From positions 77,278-141,277 of the forward strand of contig JASFYR010000008.1 of NCBI GenBank assembly GCA_045047115.1: a stretch of 64,000 nt of DNA. Direction: 5' to 3'. This document shows, one piece after another, positions 51,125-59,166 of the stretch (position 1 is its first letter; each line of letters begins with the position of its first letter). A model generated the notes under the pieces. That model worked only from the letters and a program-made list of their open reading frames with translations, did no database searches and was not told where the DNA came from. The translations under genes and the position numbers were made by a program. The stretch is from Sulfurospirillum sp. (GTDB taxonomy: Bacteria > Campylobacterota > Campylobacteria > Campylobacterales > Sulfurospirillaceae).

Positions 51125-52111
51125 CTATCTTGCTAATGCTTTTAGCCACTCGTTTATATATGCTTTTCTGTTTTTTTCTACTGTTTTTCCATTTATCAAA
51201 ATCATTTTTGAAGGAACATACAGGAGACTGAAAGCTTTCGGAAGACCTTTTTTGGTTTTTACCACAGGGTATGCCCAATTGGTAGTTGGTATGATATCGG
51301 CAAACTCATCGCTTAACATAAAATCGAGAAATTTACCTGCTAGTTTTTTATGCTTTGAGGATTTTAGCATTCCGGCTATCTCTATTTGGGCGTAGTGACC
51401 TGCTTTGAAATCTGCAGTTTTATAGTTGTATTTTTTCTCTTCGATGATGTGATAAGCAGGAGAAGTGGTGTATGAAAGCACCATATCAGCTTCACCTTTT
51501 AGAAAAAGATTGTAAGCCTCAGACCAGCCTTTTGTGATGGTGAGTATATGAGGAGCCAGCTTTTTCCAGTACGCACCAGCCTTGTTTCCATAAGTAGCTT
51601 TTACCCACAAAAGAAGTCCAAGTCCGGGAGTGGAACTACGAGGATCTTCTATGATGATTTTGAAGTTTTTTGGCATATTTGCCAACTCGTCAAATGATGA
51701 TGGAGCGTGTTTTGTTTTGTTTGAGTCATAAACAAAAGCAAAATAACTATAATCAAACGGTACAAATGTATCGTCATTCCACTTTATAGGTAAACTAAGC
51801 TTGGAAGTATCAGTATGGTGCTTTGCAAAAAGTCCGGTTCTTCTAGCGAGTTCTGCGGTGTTTGTATCGAGTCCCAGCACGATGTCCGCTTTGGTATTTT
51901 TGCCCTCAATCTGTACTTTTCTAAGAGCTCCTATAGCGCTATCGGTCGCGACAAACTTTAGAGTGCAGTTGTACTTTTTCTCAAAAGCCTTCTTTATAAG
52001 TGGAGCAGGACCCCACGAAGCAGCAAATGAATCATAGGTATAGACAGTAAGAGTCTCTTTGGCGATCAAAGAACCAAGCATCAAAACAGCGATAAATAAA
52101 ATTTTAAACAT
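51125..52111 (-). CDS. thiB: Thiamine ABC transporter substrate-binding protein
   Basis: LTVYTYDSF..SWG, ADIVLGLD, DPRSSTPG, GWSEAY, SYTTSPAYH. Confidence 0.93.
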   Translation of the reverse strand: MFKILFIAVLMLGSLIAKETLTVYTYDSFAASWGPAPLIKKAFEKKYNCTLKFVATDSAIGALRKVQIEGKNTKADIVLGLDTNTAELARRTGLFAKHHTDTSKLSLPIKWNDDTFVPFDYSYFAFVYDSNKTKHAPSSFDELANMPKNFKIIIEDPRSSTPGLGLLLWVKATYGNKAGAYWKKLAPHILTITKGWSEAYNLFLKGEADMVLSYTTSPAYHIIEEKKYNYKTADFKAGHYAQIEIAGMLKSSKHKKLAGKFLDFMLSDEFADIIPTTNWAYPVVKTKKGLPKAFSLLYVPSKMILINGKTVEKNRKAYINEWLKALAR

Positions 52112-52246
52112 TTTTTTCCTTTTCTAAGCATATAAACAGTAGATATTTTACACTAAAAACTCTTAAAAGATGCTCTAAAAGAGTGATGATAAAAATTATT
52201 GCCATTAGTTGTGCTATACTTTTAAGAAAGAAACTAGGAAGATGAT

Positions 52247-53863
52247 ATGGAGATAAATATTATAAATTTTGTTATGTTATTATTGCCGATTTTGGTGATT
52301 TTTACACTTGTTTGGTTTGGTTTTACGATAAGAAACAAGAGTAAAGATGAACTATTGCAGAGCATAAAACAACTCCAGGATGAGAAAAATGAGATGAGTG
52401 ACGCTTTGGAAATTCAAAAGAAAATGGTTTCACAAAGAGATATACTTATAGCTCAAAAACAAAAAGACTTGGACAATATCTTGTCTGCAAAAGCTAATCT
52501 TGAAGAAAATTATATGCAGATTTTGCAACAGTACGAGAAGCAAAAAGGGGACAACAATGATCTCCAGATGCAAAATCATTCACTTGTGATAAATCTAAAA
52601 GCACTTGAAGAAGATATCAAAAAATCAAAGCAAGATTATGAAAAGTGGCTAAAAGAGAAGAGTTTGAGCCTCAATGAAGCAAACGCAAAGATAGAGAATA
52701 TGCACGATGAAATCTACTCTCTCAAGGAGGAAAACTCAAGACACAAAGCTCAGCTTGAAGCCCAGCTTGAGGGGAATAAAAAATTAAAAGCCGATCTTGA
52801 AGAGCAGGGCAGGAAACTTGAGTTAAAGATCAATGAAATCATGCAAAATCTATTGGATACAAAAATGAAAAAATTTGATGACAGCTCTATGAAGTCGCTG
52901 AAAAATCTACTCAAGCCTTTCAAGGACAATCTTGAGGAATTTAAACATAAAGTCGAGTACTCTCAAGAGCACAGTACCAAAAAATTTGCCGAACTCTCAA
53001 AAGAGATAGAGCAGATCACAAAGATGAGTGTCGATATAGGCAAGGAAGCCAGAAGCTTGACAGAAGCCCTCAAAGGAAAGAAGCAGACTCAAGGGCGATG
53101 GGGTGAGATGATCTTGGAGAGTGTGTTGGAGTTTTCCGGACTTATCAAGGGTAAGCATTATGAAACCCAAGAGAGTTATAGAGATGAGCAGGGTGCCACA
53201 AAACGACCAGATGTCGTCGTCAAACTACCACAGGAGAGGACTATCATCATAGACTCAAAAGTCTCTTTAAATGACTATGACAGCTATATAAAAGCCGATA
53301 GTGACAAGCAGAGACATATATGCGCAAAAGCAGTGGTCAATTCATTTAAAAATCATATAAATACACTTGACTCCAAAGACTACTCACAGTACAAAACCGG
53401 GACTTTGCAGTATATATTTATGTTTGTGCCTATCGAGGGTGCTTTTGCTTTGGCGGTACAGGAGGATCAAAGTCTCTATGAGTATGCACTTGACAGGCAT
53501 ATTGCCATCGTGACTCCATCTACACTGACAGTCTCTTTGCGCACTATATATCTGTATTGGCAGAGTGAACAATCAAGCTCAAATGCTCTGAAGATGTTTA
53601 ATGTAGCGGGAAAACTTTATGATAAGATGTTGATATTTGCGGAGAGTTTTGGCAAACTAGGAAACCAAATCCAAACTGTAAACAATACTTACGAGAGTGC
53701 CAAAACTCAGTTTGCAAGCGGTAGCGGCAACCTCATGAAACGAACAGAGACTTTAAAAGCACTTGGTGCAAAAACAACAAAATCCCTAAGAAACAGCAAG
53801 GTTGCATACAGCGACTTTGATGATGAAGAGGCAGAAGTGGAGCTTTTGGAGGGAAAAGAGTGA
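52247..53863 (+). CDS. rmuC: DNA recombination protein RmuC
   Basis: TM plus coiled coil, QGRWGE, RPDVVVKLP, IDSKVSL, MFVPIEGA. Confidence 0.92.
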   Translation: MEINIINFVMLLLPILVIFTLVWFGFTIRNKSKDELLQSIKQLQDEKNEMSDALEIQKKMVSQRDILIAQKQKDLDNILSAKANLEENYMQILQQYEKQKGDNNDLQMQNHSLVINLKALEEDIKKSKQDYEKWLKEKSLSLNEANAKIENMHDEIYSLKEENSRHKAQLEAQLEGNKKLKADLEEQGRKLELKINEIMQNLLDTKMKKFDDSSMKSLKNLLKPFKDNLEEFKHKVEYSQEHSTKKFAELSKEIEQITKMSVDIGKEARSLTEALKGKKQTQGRWGEMILESVLEFSGLIKGKHYETQESYRDEQGATKRPDVVVKLPQERTIIIDSKVSLNDYDSYIKADSDKQRHICAKAVVNSFKNHINTLDSKDYSQYKTGTLQYIFMFVPIEGAFALAVQEDQSLYEYALDRHIAIVTPSTLTVSLRTIYLYWQSEQSSSNALKMFNVAGKLYDKMLIFAESFGKLGNQIQTVNNTYESAKTQFASGSGNLMKRTETLKALGAKTTKSLRNSKVAYSDFDDEEAEVELLEGKE

Positions 53864-54777
53864 ATTACCAAGCTGTTTTAGAGGAGATAAGAGAAGAGGT
53901 GAGAGGGTTTTTTGGAAAAGGCAGAGTAGCAGACTATATCCCGGCTCTCAAAAGAGTGGATTCTGCCCATTTTGCTATGAGTTTACAGCTTTTTGACGGC
54001 TCTTTCTATGGGGTCGGTGAGGTTGATTGTAGATTTTCCATTCAGAGTATATCGAAAGTTTTTACTTATGCTATGGTTCTGCCTCTATATCAAAAAGATC
54101 TCTACAAGAGGATAAGCCACGAACCATCAGGAAACCCTTTTAATTCGCTGGTTCAGTTGGAGTATGAAAAAGGCATACCGAGAAATCCTTTTATAAATGC
54201 AGGAGCTATCGTAGTTACAGATATGTTAAAATCTACATACGGAGGCGAAACATTTTCAAAAATTCTTGATTTTATCAAAGAAGTAAGCGACAATGACAGC
54301 ATAGGCTACGATAAAGAAGTGGCGCTTTCTGAGCTAAATTTTGGTTTTAGAAACGCAGCATTGGTCAACATGATGAAAAGTTTCAAAAATATTTCAAATG
54401 ACACAAATTGTGTGATGGATACATATTTTAAACAGTGCTCCATCTCTATGAGTGCGAAAGAGCTCAGCAGGGCAGTTCTTTTTTTTGCAAACCATGGTGT
54501 TGATCCGATCACCAAGAAAAGGTTTTTAAGTGAGTCTCAGGCGAAAAGATTAAACTCTTTGATGCTGACATGTGGGCACTATGATGCCTCAGGAGATTTT
54601 GCTTTTAGAGTGGGCTTACCAGGTAAAAGTGGTGTAGGAGGCGGTATAGTAGCACTTGTTCCAAATCTTATGTCGATCTGTGTTTGGTCGCCGGAGCTAA
54701 ATGAAAAAGGTAATTCGCTTGTGGGCACCAAAGCACTGGAGCTGTTTACAACAAAAACAGGACTCTCTATATTTTAG
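53860..54777 (+). CDS. glsA: Glutaminase
   Basis: VADYIPAL, FSIQSISKVF, EPSGNPFN, NPFINAGA, GLPGKSGVGGG. Confidence 0.95.
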   Translation: MNYQAVLEEIREEVRGFFGKGRVADYIPALKRVDSAHFAMSLQLFDGSFYGVGEVDCRFSIQSISKVFTYAMVLPLYQKDLYKRISHEPSGNPFNSLVQLEYEKGIPRNPFINAGAIVVTDMLKSTYGGETFSKILDFIKEVSDNDSIGYDKEVALSELNFGFRNAALVNMMKSFKNISNDTNCVMDTYFKQCSISMSAKELSRAVLFFANHGVDPITKKRFLSESQAKRLNSLMLTCGHYDASGDFAFRVGLPGKSGVGGGIVALVPNLMSICVWSPELNEKGNSLVGTKALELFTTKTGLSIF

Positions 54778-54799
54778 TTAAAAGTAAAGCTCTGACCCT
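54773..54799 (-). repeat. GGGTCAG-motif repeat copy 1 (type A)
   Basis: TTTAGTTAAAAGTAAAGCTCTGACCCT, identical to 55945-55971. Confidence 0.9.
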
Positions 54800-54835
54800 A
54801 TCATTTTGAATGAATTTTATGCTATAATATTTTTT

Positions 54836-55207
54836 ATGAAAACAATCGAGATCAAAAATGCTTTACCATTATCAGTATTTTCCCATGAGATGCTTTATGC
54901 ATTGATAGAAAAAACTGTAAGTAATGTCAATGATAAAATCTCAAATCTTGTAAAAAGTGGTGAATTGATAAGACTCAAAAAAGGTTTTTACACTTTTTCA
55001 AAACCATACCTTACAAAACCTATAGATCTAATCAGCGTCGCAAATATACTCTATACCCCATCTTATGTATCATTTGACTATGCACTTAGTTTTTATGGGA
55101 TGATACCTGAGAGAGTAAGAGAGATTGCATCAGCCACAAGCAAAAACAAAAAGATTTTTGACACTCCAATTGGTTATCAATTTGTTCTATCTTTTAATGC
55201 ATTATAA
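54836..55207 (+). pseudogene. 3'-truncated AbiEi-type (type IV TA) antitoxin
   Basis: LIRLKKGFY, ANILYTPSYVSFDYALSFYGMIPERV, FDTPIG, then runs into the relE 3' end; no AbiEii partner. Confidence 0.75.
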
Positions 55208-55464
55208 ACTTTATTATTTTCTCGTTTACCTACACTTATCACATAAACAGTAATCTTAGTATCTTGCACTTCGTAAGTTAAACGATAACCGATATTTCTT
55301 AATTTAATTTTATATATATTTTCATGACCACTTAATTTATCTTTAGTAATTCGTGGATTTGTCAGTCTCTTTTTAAGTTTTTTATGAAACTGTAATTTTA
55401 TAGTAGAGCTTAATTTATCCCACTCTTTTAAGGCTTTAGGATGAAAATCAAGTAAGTAAGTCAT
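55177..55464 (-). CDS. relE: RelE/StbE-family toxin
   Basis: ALKEWDKL, KLSG, YKIKLR..GYRL.YEV, VISVGKRE. Confidence 0.9.
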   Translation of the reverse strand: MTYLLDFHPKALKEWDKLSSTIKLQFHKKLKKRLTNPRITKDKLSGHENIYKIKLRNIGYRLTYEVQDTKITVYVISVGKRENNKVYNALKDRTN

Positions 55465-55705
55465 CTATATCTACTCTTATAGATTCTAGCCCATCATTTA
55501 ATCTCTCATCAACAACTTTACTTAAATAATAGTCATCTACTATATCTATCATTTTTTCGTATAATGTACTAGGTACAAGATATGCTGAAGCTACATTGTG
55601 ATTTAAAATTGCAACTGCTTCATCACCTGCATTTTTTAGTAATTGTGTTGGCGATTTTTTAAGTTCCGTTATACTAGCTGTGTAGTTCGCTAAAATTGGT
55701 TGCAT
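55448..55705 (-). CDS. Phd/YefM (StbD-like) antitoxin
   Basis: ASITELKKSP, AVAILNHN...AYLVP; overlaps the toxin. Confidence 0.88.
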   Translation of the reverse strand: MQPILANYTASITELKKSPTQLLKNAGDEAVAILNHNVASAYLVPSTLYEKMIDIVDDYYLSKVVDERLNDGLESIRVDIDDLLT

Positions 55706-55784
55706 ATTTAGTCCTTTATTTAGTATCTTTTATAACTCATTATATCATATTTTCAATTAGATTTCATGCCTAATCGTTCAAATA

Positions 55785-55826
55785 AAAAATTTACTATTCA
55801 CCATCCACAATTATCCATTTTCAATT
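55785..55826 (-). repeat. Degenerate heptamer tandem array
   Basis: + strand AAAAATT TACTATT CACCATC CACAATT ATCCATT TTCAATT. Confidence 0.7.
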
Positions 55827-55922
55827 ATTTTCAGCAACTTCCCCTCAAACTCTTCTCGTCCACTTTCAAAATATGAAAATGATAATGGGAAAAAACAGTT
55901 CAAGAATGGTTATATACATTAT

Positions 55923-55992
55923 AAGTTTATTTCCAATACTTCTCTTTAGTTAAAAGTAAAGCTCTGACCCTGCTCTTTCTAATTCTGACCCC
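55923..55992 (-). repeat. GGGTCAG-motif copies 2 and 3, plus a partial type B leader
   Basis: AAGTTTATTTCCAATAC at 55923-55939; 27-bp copy at 55945-55971; CTGACCCC at 55985-55992 next to the yoeB stop. Confidence 0.85.
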
Positions 55993-55993
55993 A

Positions 55994-56254
55994 CTATCCT
56001 CCGTAATGATATTTACATGATACGATATTTATATCAAAATCATTAACTTCATAAACCAATCTATGCTCATCTGCAATTCTTCGTGACCAACAGCCTGCTA
56101 ATTCATATTTTAAAGGTTCAGGTTTACCAATCCCTTCATAAGGATCTCTTTTTATATCTTTCAATAAACTATTTATCTTTTTTAATACTTTTTTATCTTT
56201 ATTTTGCCAATCAACATATTCATCCCAAGACCTATCACTCCAAATCAATCTCAT
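55994..56254 (-). CDS. yoeB: Txe/YoeB-family toxin
   Basis: GIGKPEPLKY, WSRRI..EHRLVY, CKYHY. Confidence 0.93.
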   Translation of the reverse strand: MRLIWSDRSWDEYVDWQNKDKKVLKKINSLLKDIKRDPYEGIGKPEPLKYELAGCWSRRIADEHRLVYEVNDFDINIVSCKYHYGG

Positions 56255-56502
56255 TCTAAAATATCTTTTTCAAATCCTTTGCCATTTCTTAATTGATTTA
56301 AAGATGCTAATAAATTTTTTTTATTTGCGGGTGAACTAAGTAAATAGTTTGTCTCTTTCATAGAATTATATTCATCAAAAGGGATAACTACAACATTTTC
56401 TTTCCCTTTTCTATGGATAATCACTTCATCATTATCATGATACACAGCATCAAAGATATATTTAAAATTATTCCTAGCTTCTGTCATACTTACAACTTGC
56501 AT
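56251..56502 (-). CDS. yefM: YefM antitoxin
   Basis: SMTEARNN, EYNSMKET.YLLSSPAN. Confidence 0.9.
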   Translation of the reverse strand: MQVVSMTEARNNFKYIFDAVYHDNDEVIIHRKGKENVVVIPFDEYNSMKETNYLLSSPANKKNLLASLNQLRNGKGFEKDILE

Positions 56503-56523
56503 AATTATATCCTTACATTATAT

Positions 56524-56540
56524 TGTACAGTATTATATCA
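56524..56540 (-). promoter_or_regulatory. yefM-yoeB promoter with probable autorepression operator
   Basis: TGATATAAT extended -10 immediately followed by a TGTACA palindrome, the core of the E. coli YefM operator. Confidence 0.55.
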
Positions 56541-56589
56541 TAAATTTTATAAAAGCATTAACACTTTGCTAAATCTACTCGTTACCCAA

Positions 56590-56624
56590 AATAATTCTCC
56601 ATTATTCATTATTCATTTTTAATT
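56590..56624 (-). repeat. Degenerate heptamer tandem array
   Basis: + strand AATAATT CTCCATT ATTCATT ATTCATT TTTAATT. Confidence 0.7.
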
Positions 56625-56632
56625 AAATAATG

Positions 56633-56659
56633 GTTTATTTCCAATACCTGACCCCGCTA
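56633..56659 (-). repeat. GGGTCAG-motif copy 4 (type B)
   Basis: GTTTATTTCCAATACCTGACCCCGCTA; its CTA is the PIN toxin stop. Confidence 0.85.
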
Positions 56660-57073
56660 TTTTCCGCTTAAAAATTCTTCACAATTCATTATCTCAATAC
56701 CGCAGTTACAAAACTTTTTATCATTTGTTATTAGTATATTGCATCCATTTTCTTTTGCACATAAGCATTGAAGCAAATCTTCTAAGTCTAAATCTTCTTT
56801 TAGAGATAAGTTTGTAGCTTTTGAGAGTAGATCTATCCCAAACATAGATACATTCCAATCAACATATACCAATCCTCTTAAAAACTCTAGTACTACTTTT
56901 TTATCTCTTGAAATATAATACAAAGTTGTTATCATATCCTCACTGATGTATATATTATAATCTTCTAATGTTAAATTTTTCAACAGTTCTAATGATTGTA
57001 AATGTTGTATCCGAGCAGGGTCAATAATATCTACGACAATATTTGTATCCAAAAATATATTTCTATTGTCCAT
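56657..57073 (-). CDS. PIN-domain (VapC-like) toxin
   Basis: IFLDTNIVVD, DLEDLLQ, ITNDKKF acidic PIN residues. Confidence 0.88.
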   Translation of the reverse strand: MDNRNIFLDTNIVVDIIDPARIQHLQSLELLKNLTLEDYNIYISEDMITTLYYISRDKKVVLEFLRGLVYVDWNVSMFGIDLLSKATNLSLKEDLDLEDLLQCLCAKENGCNILITNDKKFCNCGIEIMNCEEFLSGK

Positions 57074-57356
57074 ATTTTTCCAATGCTACTTTTTCCTTGA
57101 TTTGACTTGATGTTAAGTTATCGAATCTTTTATATATTTTGACTTTCCCTGTATATTTTTCAATTCTATCGAGTTTTTTTTGCATCTCCTTAGATATTTT
57201 ATTATCCAAAAAAGCCTTAAATTCATCGGCATATCTAGGATGTATAAACAACCCTTTATATTCATGAGTTTTTTTATCCTTAACCTCAACATAATCATAA
57301 CCATCTAAGATATTTGAATTTCTAGCTAGTTCTCTCACGCCTACTATCCTTGTCAT
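57063..57356 (-). CDS. Putative antitoxin of the PIN toxin
   Basis: Small upstream gene overlapping the toxin; Phd-like VGVREL N-terminus. Confidence 0.7.
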   Translation of the reverse strand: MTRIVGVRELARNSNILDGYDYVEVKDKKTHEYKGLFIHPRYADEFKAFLDNKISKEMQKKLDRIEKYTGKVKIYKRFDNLTSSQIKEKVALEKYGQ

Positions 57357-57395
57357 TTTATATCCTTTGTTGTCTTTTGATATATTGTATCATAT

Positions 57396-57430
57396 TTTCA
57401 TTCAAAATTAAACATTCATCATTCACAATT
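57396..57430 (-). repeat. Degenerate heptamer tandem array
   Basis: + strand TTTCATT CAAAATT AAACATT CATCATT CACAATT. Confidence 0.75.
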
Positions 57431-57476
57431 ATTGATTAGCTCAACATTTTTAGCTTTTTGAACAACATCGTTAGGG

Positions 57477-57501
57477 TAAAAGTAAAGCTCTGACCCCGCT
57501 A
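57477..57501 (-). repeat. GGGTCAG-motif copy 5 (type A)
   Basis: TAAAAGTAAAGCTCTGACCCCGCTA. Confidence 0.88.
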
Positions 57502-57567
57502 ATTGCTATTTTTTAATGCTTTTGACACAGTAGTCCTTGAGAACTTCAAAAAATCAGCTATTTTAGT
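57499..57567 (-). pseudogene. C-terminal HTH fragment (possible Y1/RAYT-like transposase remnant)
   Basis: TKIADFLKFSRTTVSKALKNSN-TAG, ending on the repeat motif. Confidence 0.45.
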
Positions 57568-57823
57568 AATGAAATCTGCATTGTGCAATTATTATCAAAT
57601 CATCCAAGATTTTACACACGAGCCTATGCTCAGCTGTAATTCGTCGTGAGTAATAACTACTGAAATTTTCTTTTAATCTTTCTGGTCTTCCTAATCCATC
57701 TTTGTTATATGGATTTCTTTTAATATCCTTTATCAAAAGATTAACTCTTTTTAAAATCTTCTTATCATTCTCTTGCCAGTAATTATAATCTTCCCAACCT
57801 CAGTCTGCAAAGCCTAAAATCAT
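57563..57823 (-). pseudogene. yoeB: YoeB toxin with an in-frame TGA at codon 8
   Basis: MILGFAD*GWEDYNYWQENDKKILKRVNLLIKDIKRNPY...GLGRPERLK..YSRRITAEHRLV...QCRFHY; ATGA overlap with yefM. Confidence 0.88.
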
Positions 57824-58071
57824 ACATCAATTTCTTTTTGTAAAAATTTTGAATTTTCTATCTGTTCAACCGCTTCTGTCAATCTATCCCTGTTGTTTTT
57901 AGAAGAGAGCAAGTAGATTGTTTCTTTCATAGAGTTATATTCTTCTTGTGATATCAAAACAACCGACTGTTTTTCTTTTGTTGTAATAATAAACTCTTCA
58001 AAATTCTCACATACTTGGTTTATGATACTTCTTAGATTATTTCTAGCTTGAGAATATAATACTGCCTGCAT
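57820..58071 (-). CDS. yefM: YefM antitoxin
   Basis: YSQARNNL, SVVLISQEEYNSMKETIYLL; ATG 58071 after AAGGA RBS. Confidence 0.88.
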   Translation of the reverse strand: MQAVLYSQARNNLRSIINQVCENFEEFIITTKEKQSVVLISQEEYNSMKETIYLLSSKNNRDRLTEAVEQIENSKFLQKEIDV

Positions 58072-58175
58072 TGTAAATCCTTTTTTTGTCAATATATTGT
58101 CATTATAACACATTTTTCTATTGACTGAAGTCAAACTCCCCCGTAACGCCGGCTTCTGAGTATAAAATCATCTTC

Positions 58176-58376
58176 TTAATTCCCATACCCATCTGGATTT
58201 TTTAACTGCCAATTCCAGCTATCTTCACACATCTTATCTATACCAAACTTAGCTTCCCAGCCAAGTTCCTCTTTAGCTTTTGCAGCATTGGCATAACATG
58301 CGGCAATATCTCCAGCTCTTCGTTTTTGTATAGTATACGGTATACTTTTTTGACTGGCTTTTTCACAACCCTCTTT
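58176..58376 (-). pseudogene. galE: C-terminal fragment of UDP-glucose 4-epimerase
   Basis: EKASQKSIPY...RRAGDIAACYA..AKAKEELGWEAK..IDKMCEDSWNWQLKNPDGY. Confidence 0.85.
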
Positions 58377-58392
58377 AAGAAAACTAATTCTA

Positions 58393-58668
58393 TCAATAAA
58401 CTTCGTCATGCGTACCTATATCTATAGGTATTATCTCATTATTTTGTATTATAAAATCAATCACTACTCTATACTTCATTGTTATAGAAACACTATAATA
58501 TACATTTAACTTTCCTTGTAATTTATGAAGTCTCAAAGATGGATGATATGGATCATTTTCTAGTATTTCAACAGCTTTAATGTATCTATCCAATACTTCA
58601 GGATGTTTTTTGATAAACTTTTTTAGTTTTTTAAAGTATTCATCAGTTCTTACAATTTTATATTTCAC
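58393..58668 (-). CDS. RelE/ParE-superfamily toxin
   Basis: PYHPSLRLHKLQG, SVSITMKYR, DIGTHDEVY. Confidence 0.87.
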   Translation of the reverse strand: MKYKIVRTDEYFKKLKKFIKKHPEVLDRYIKAVEILENDPYHPSLRLHKLQGKLNVYYSVSITMKYRVVIDFIIQNNEIIPIDIGTHDEVY

Positions 58669-58912
58669 TAACCAATTCTTCTATATGTTCAGATGCAGTT
58701 TGTATTTTATAGTTACCTTGCTTTATGTCATTCATGGCTTTCATATGTGCGATATCAAGTTCACCTTCTCTAAATGCTTGATATCGCTCTATATCAAGCA
58801 CCACATACTTATTTTTACCTCTTACATTTATGATTAACTCATCAGCTTTATTTAATATGTTATCAAATACCGATACTCCATTTGTCTTGACTTCATTTGC
58901 AGTTATTGTCAT
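58658..58912 (-). CDS. Phd-like antitoxin
   Basis: ITANEVKTNGVS, INVRGKNKYVV; overlaps the toxin. Confidence 0.8.
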   Translation of the reverse strand: MTITANEVKTNGVSVFDNILNKADELIINVRGKNKYVVLDIERYQAFREGELDIAHMKAMNDIKQGNYKIQTASEHIEELVSEI

Positions 58913-58996
58913 AATCGTATCCTTAATAATACTTTTAATAGTATTATATCATCTTAATAGTTAAAGATTTACTTATCTAAAGCAATTTGTCGCTTT

Positions 58997-59125
58997 TTAA
59001 TCCCTTTTAAAATCATCCTCAATGCGAATAATATCATCTTCACCTATAAGCCCACTCTCATGTGAACCAACTGGATTAAAATATCTTAAAATATCTTCTA
59101 TCATAAGTTTTGTAGTCCCATAAGG
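58997..59125 (-). pseudogene. In-frame chimera of two galE fragments and a manC 3' end
   Basis: [14 protein letters not shown] / [16 protein letters not shown] / [12 protein letters not shown]. Confidence 0.8.
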
Positions 59126-59141
59126 ATGAATATTTTTTATA

Positions 59142-59165
59142 AAAAGTGAAGCTCTGACCCTGCTA
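59142..59165 (-). repeat. GGGTCAG-motif copy 6 (type A)
   Basis: AAAAGTGAAGCTCTGACCCTGCTA directly after the ATPase stop. Confidence 0.88.
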
Positions 59166-59166
59166 T

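Noticed and set aside
57800..57802. Selenocysteine readthrough of the TGA in yoeB
   Set aside because: YoeB has no catalytic Cys at this position and no SECIS-like hairpin is evident; a nonsense mutation is simpler
58176..58409. 77-aa ORF (and the 64-aa ORF at 58997-59191) as real genes
   Set aside because: Their N-termini are read-through of neighbouring sequence; only fragments match GalE/ManC, so they are treated as pseudogene pieces
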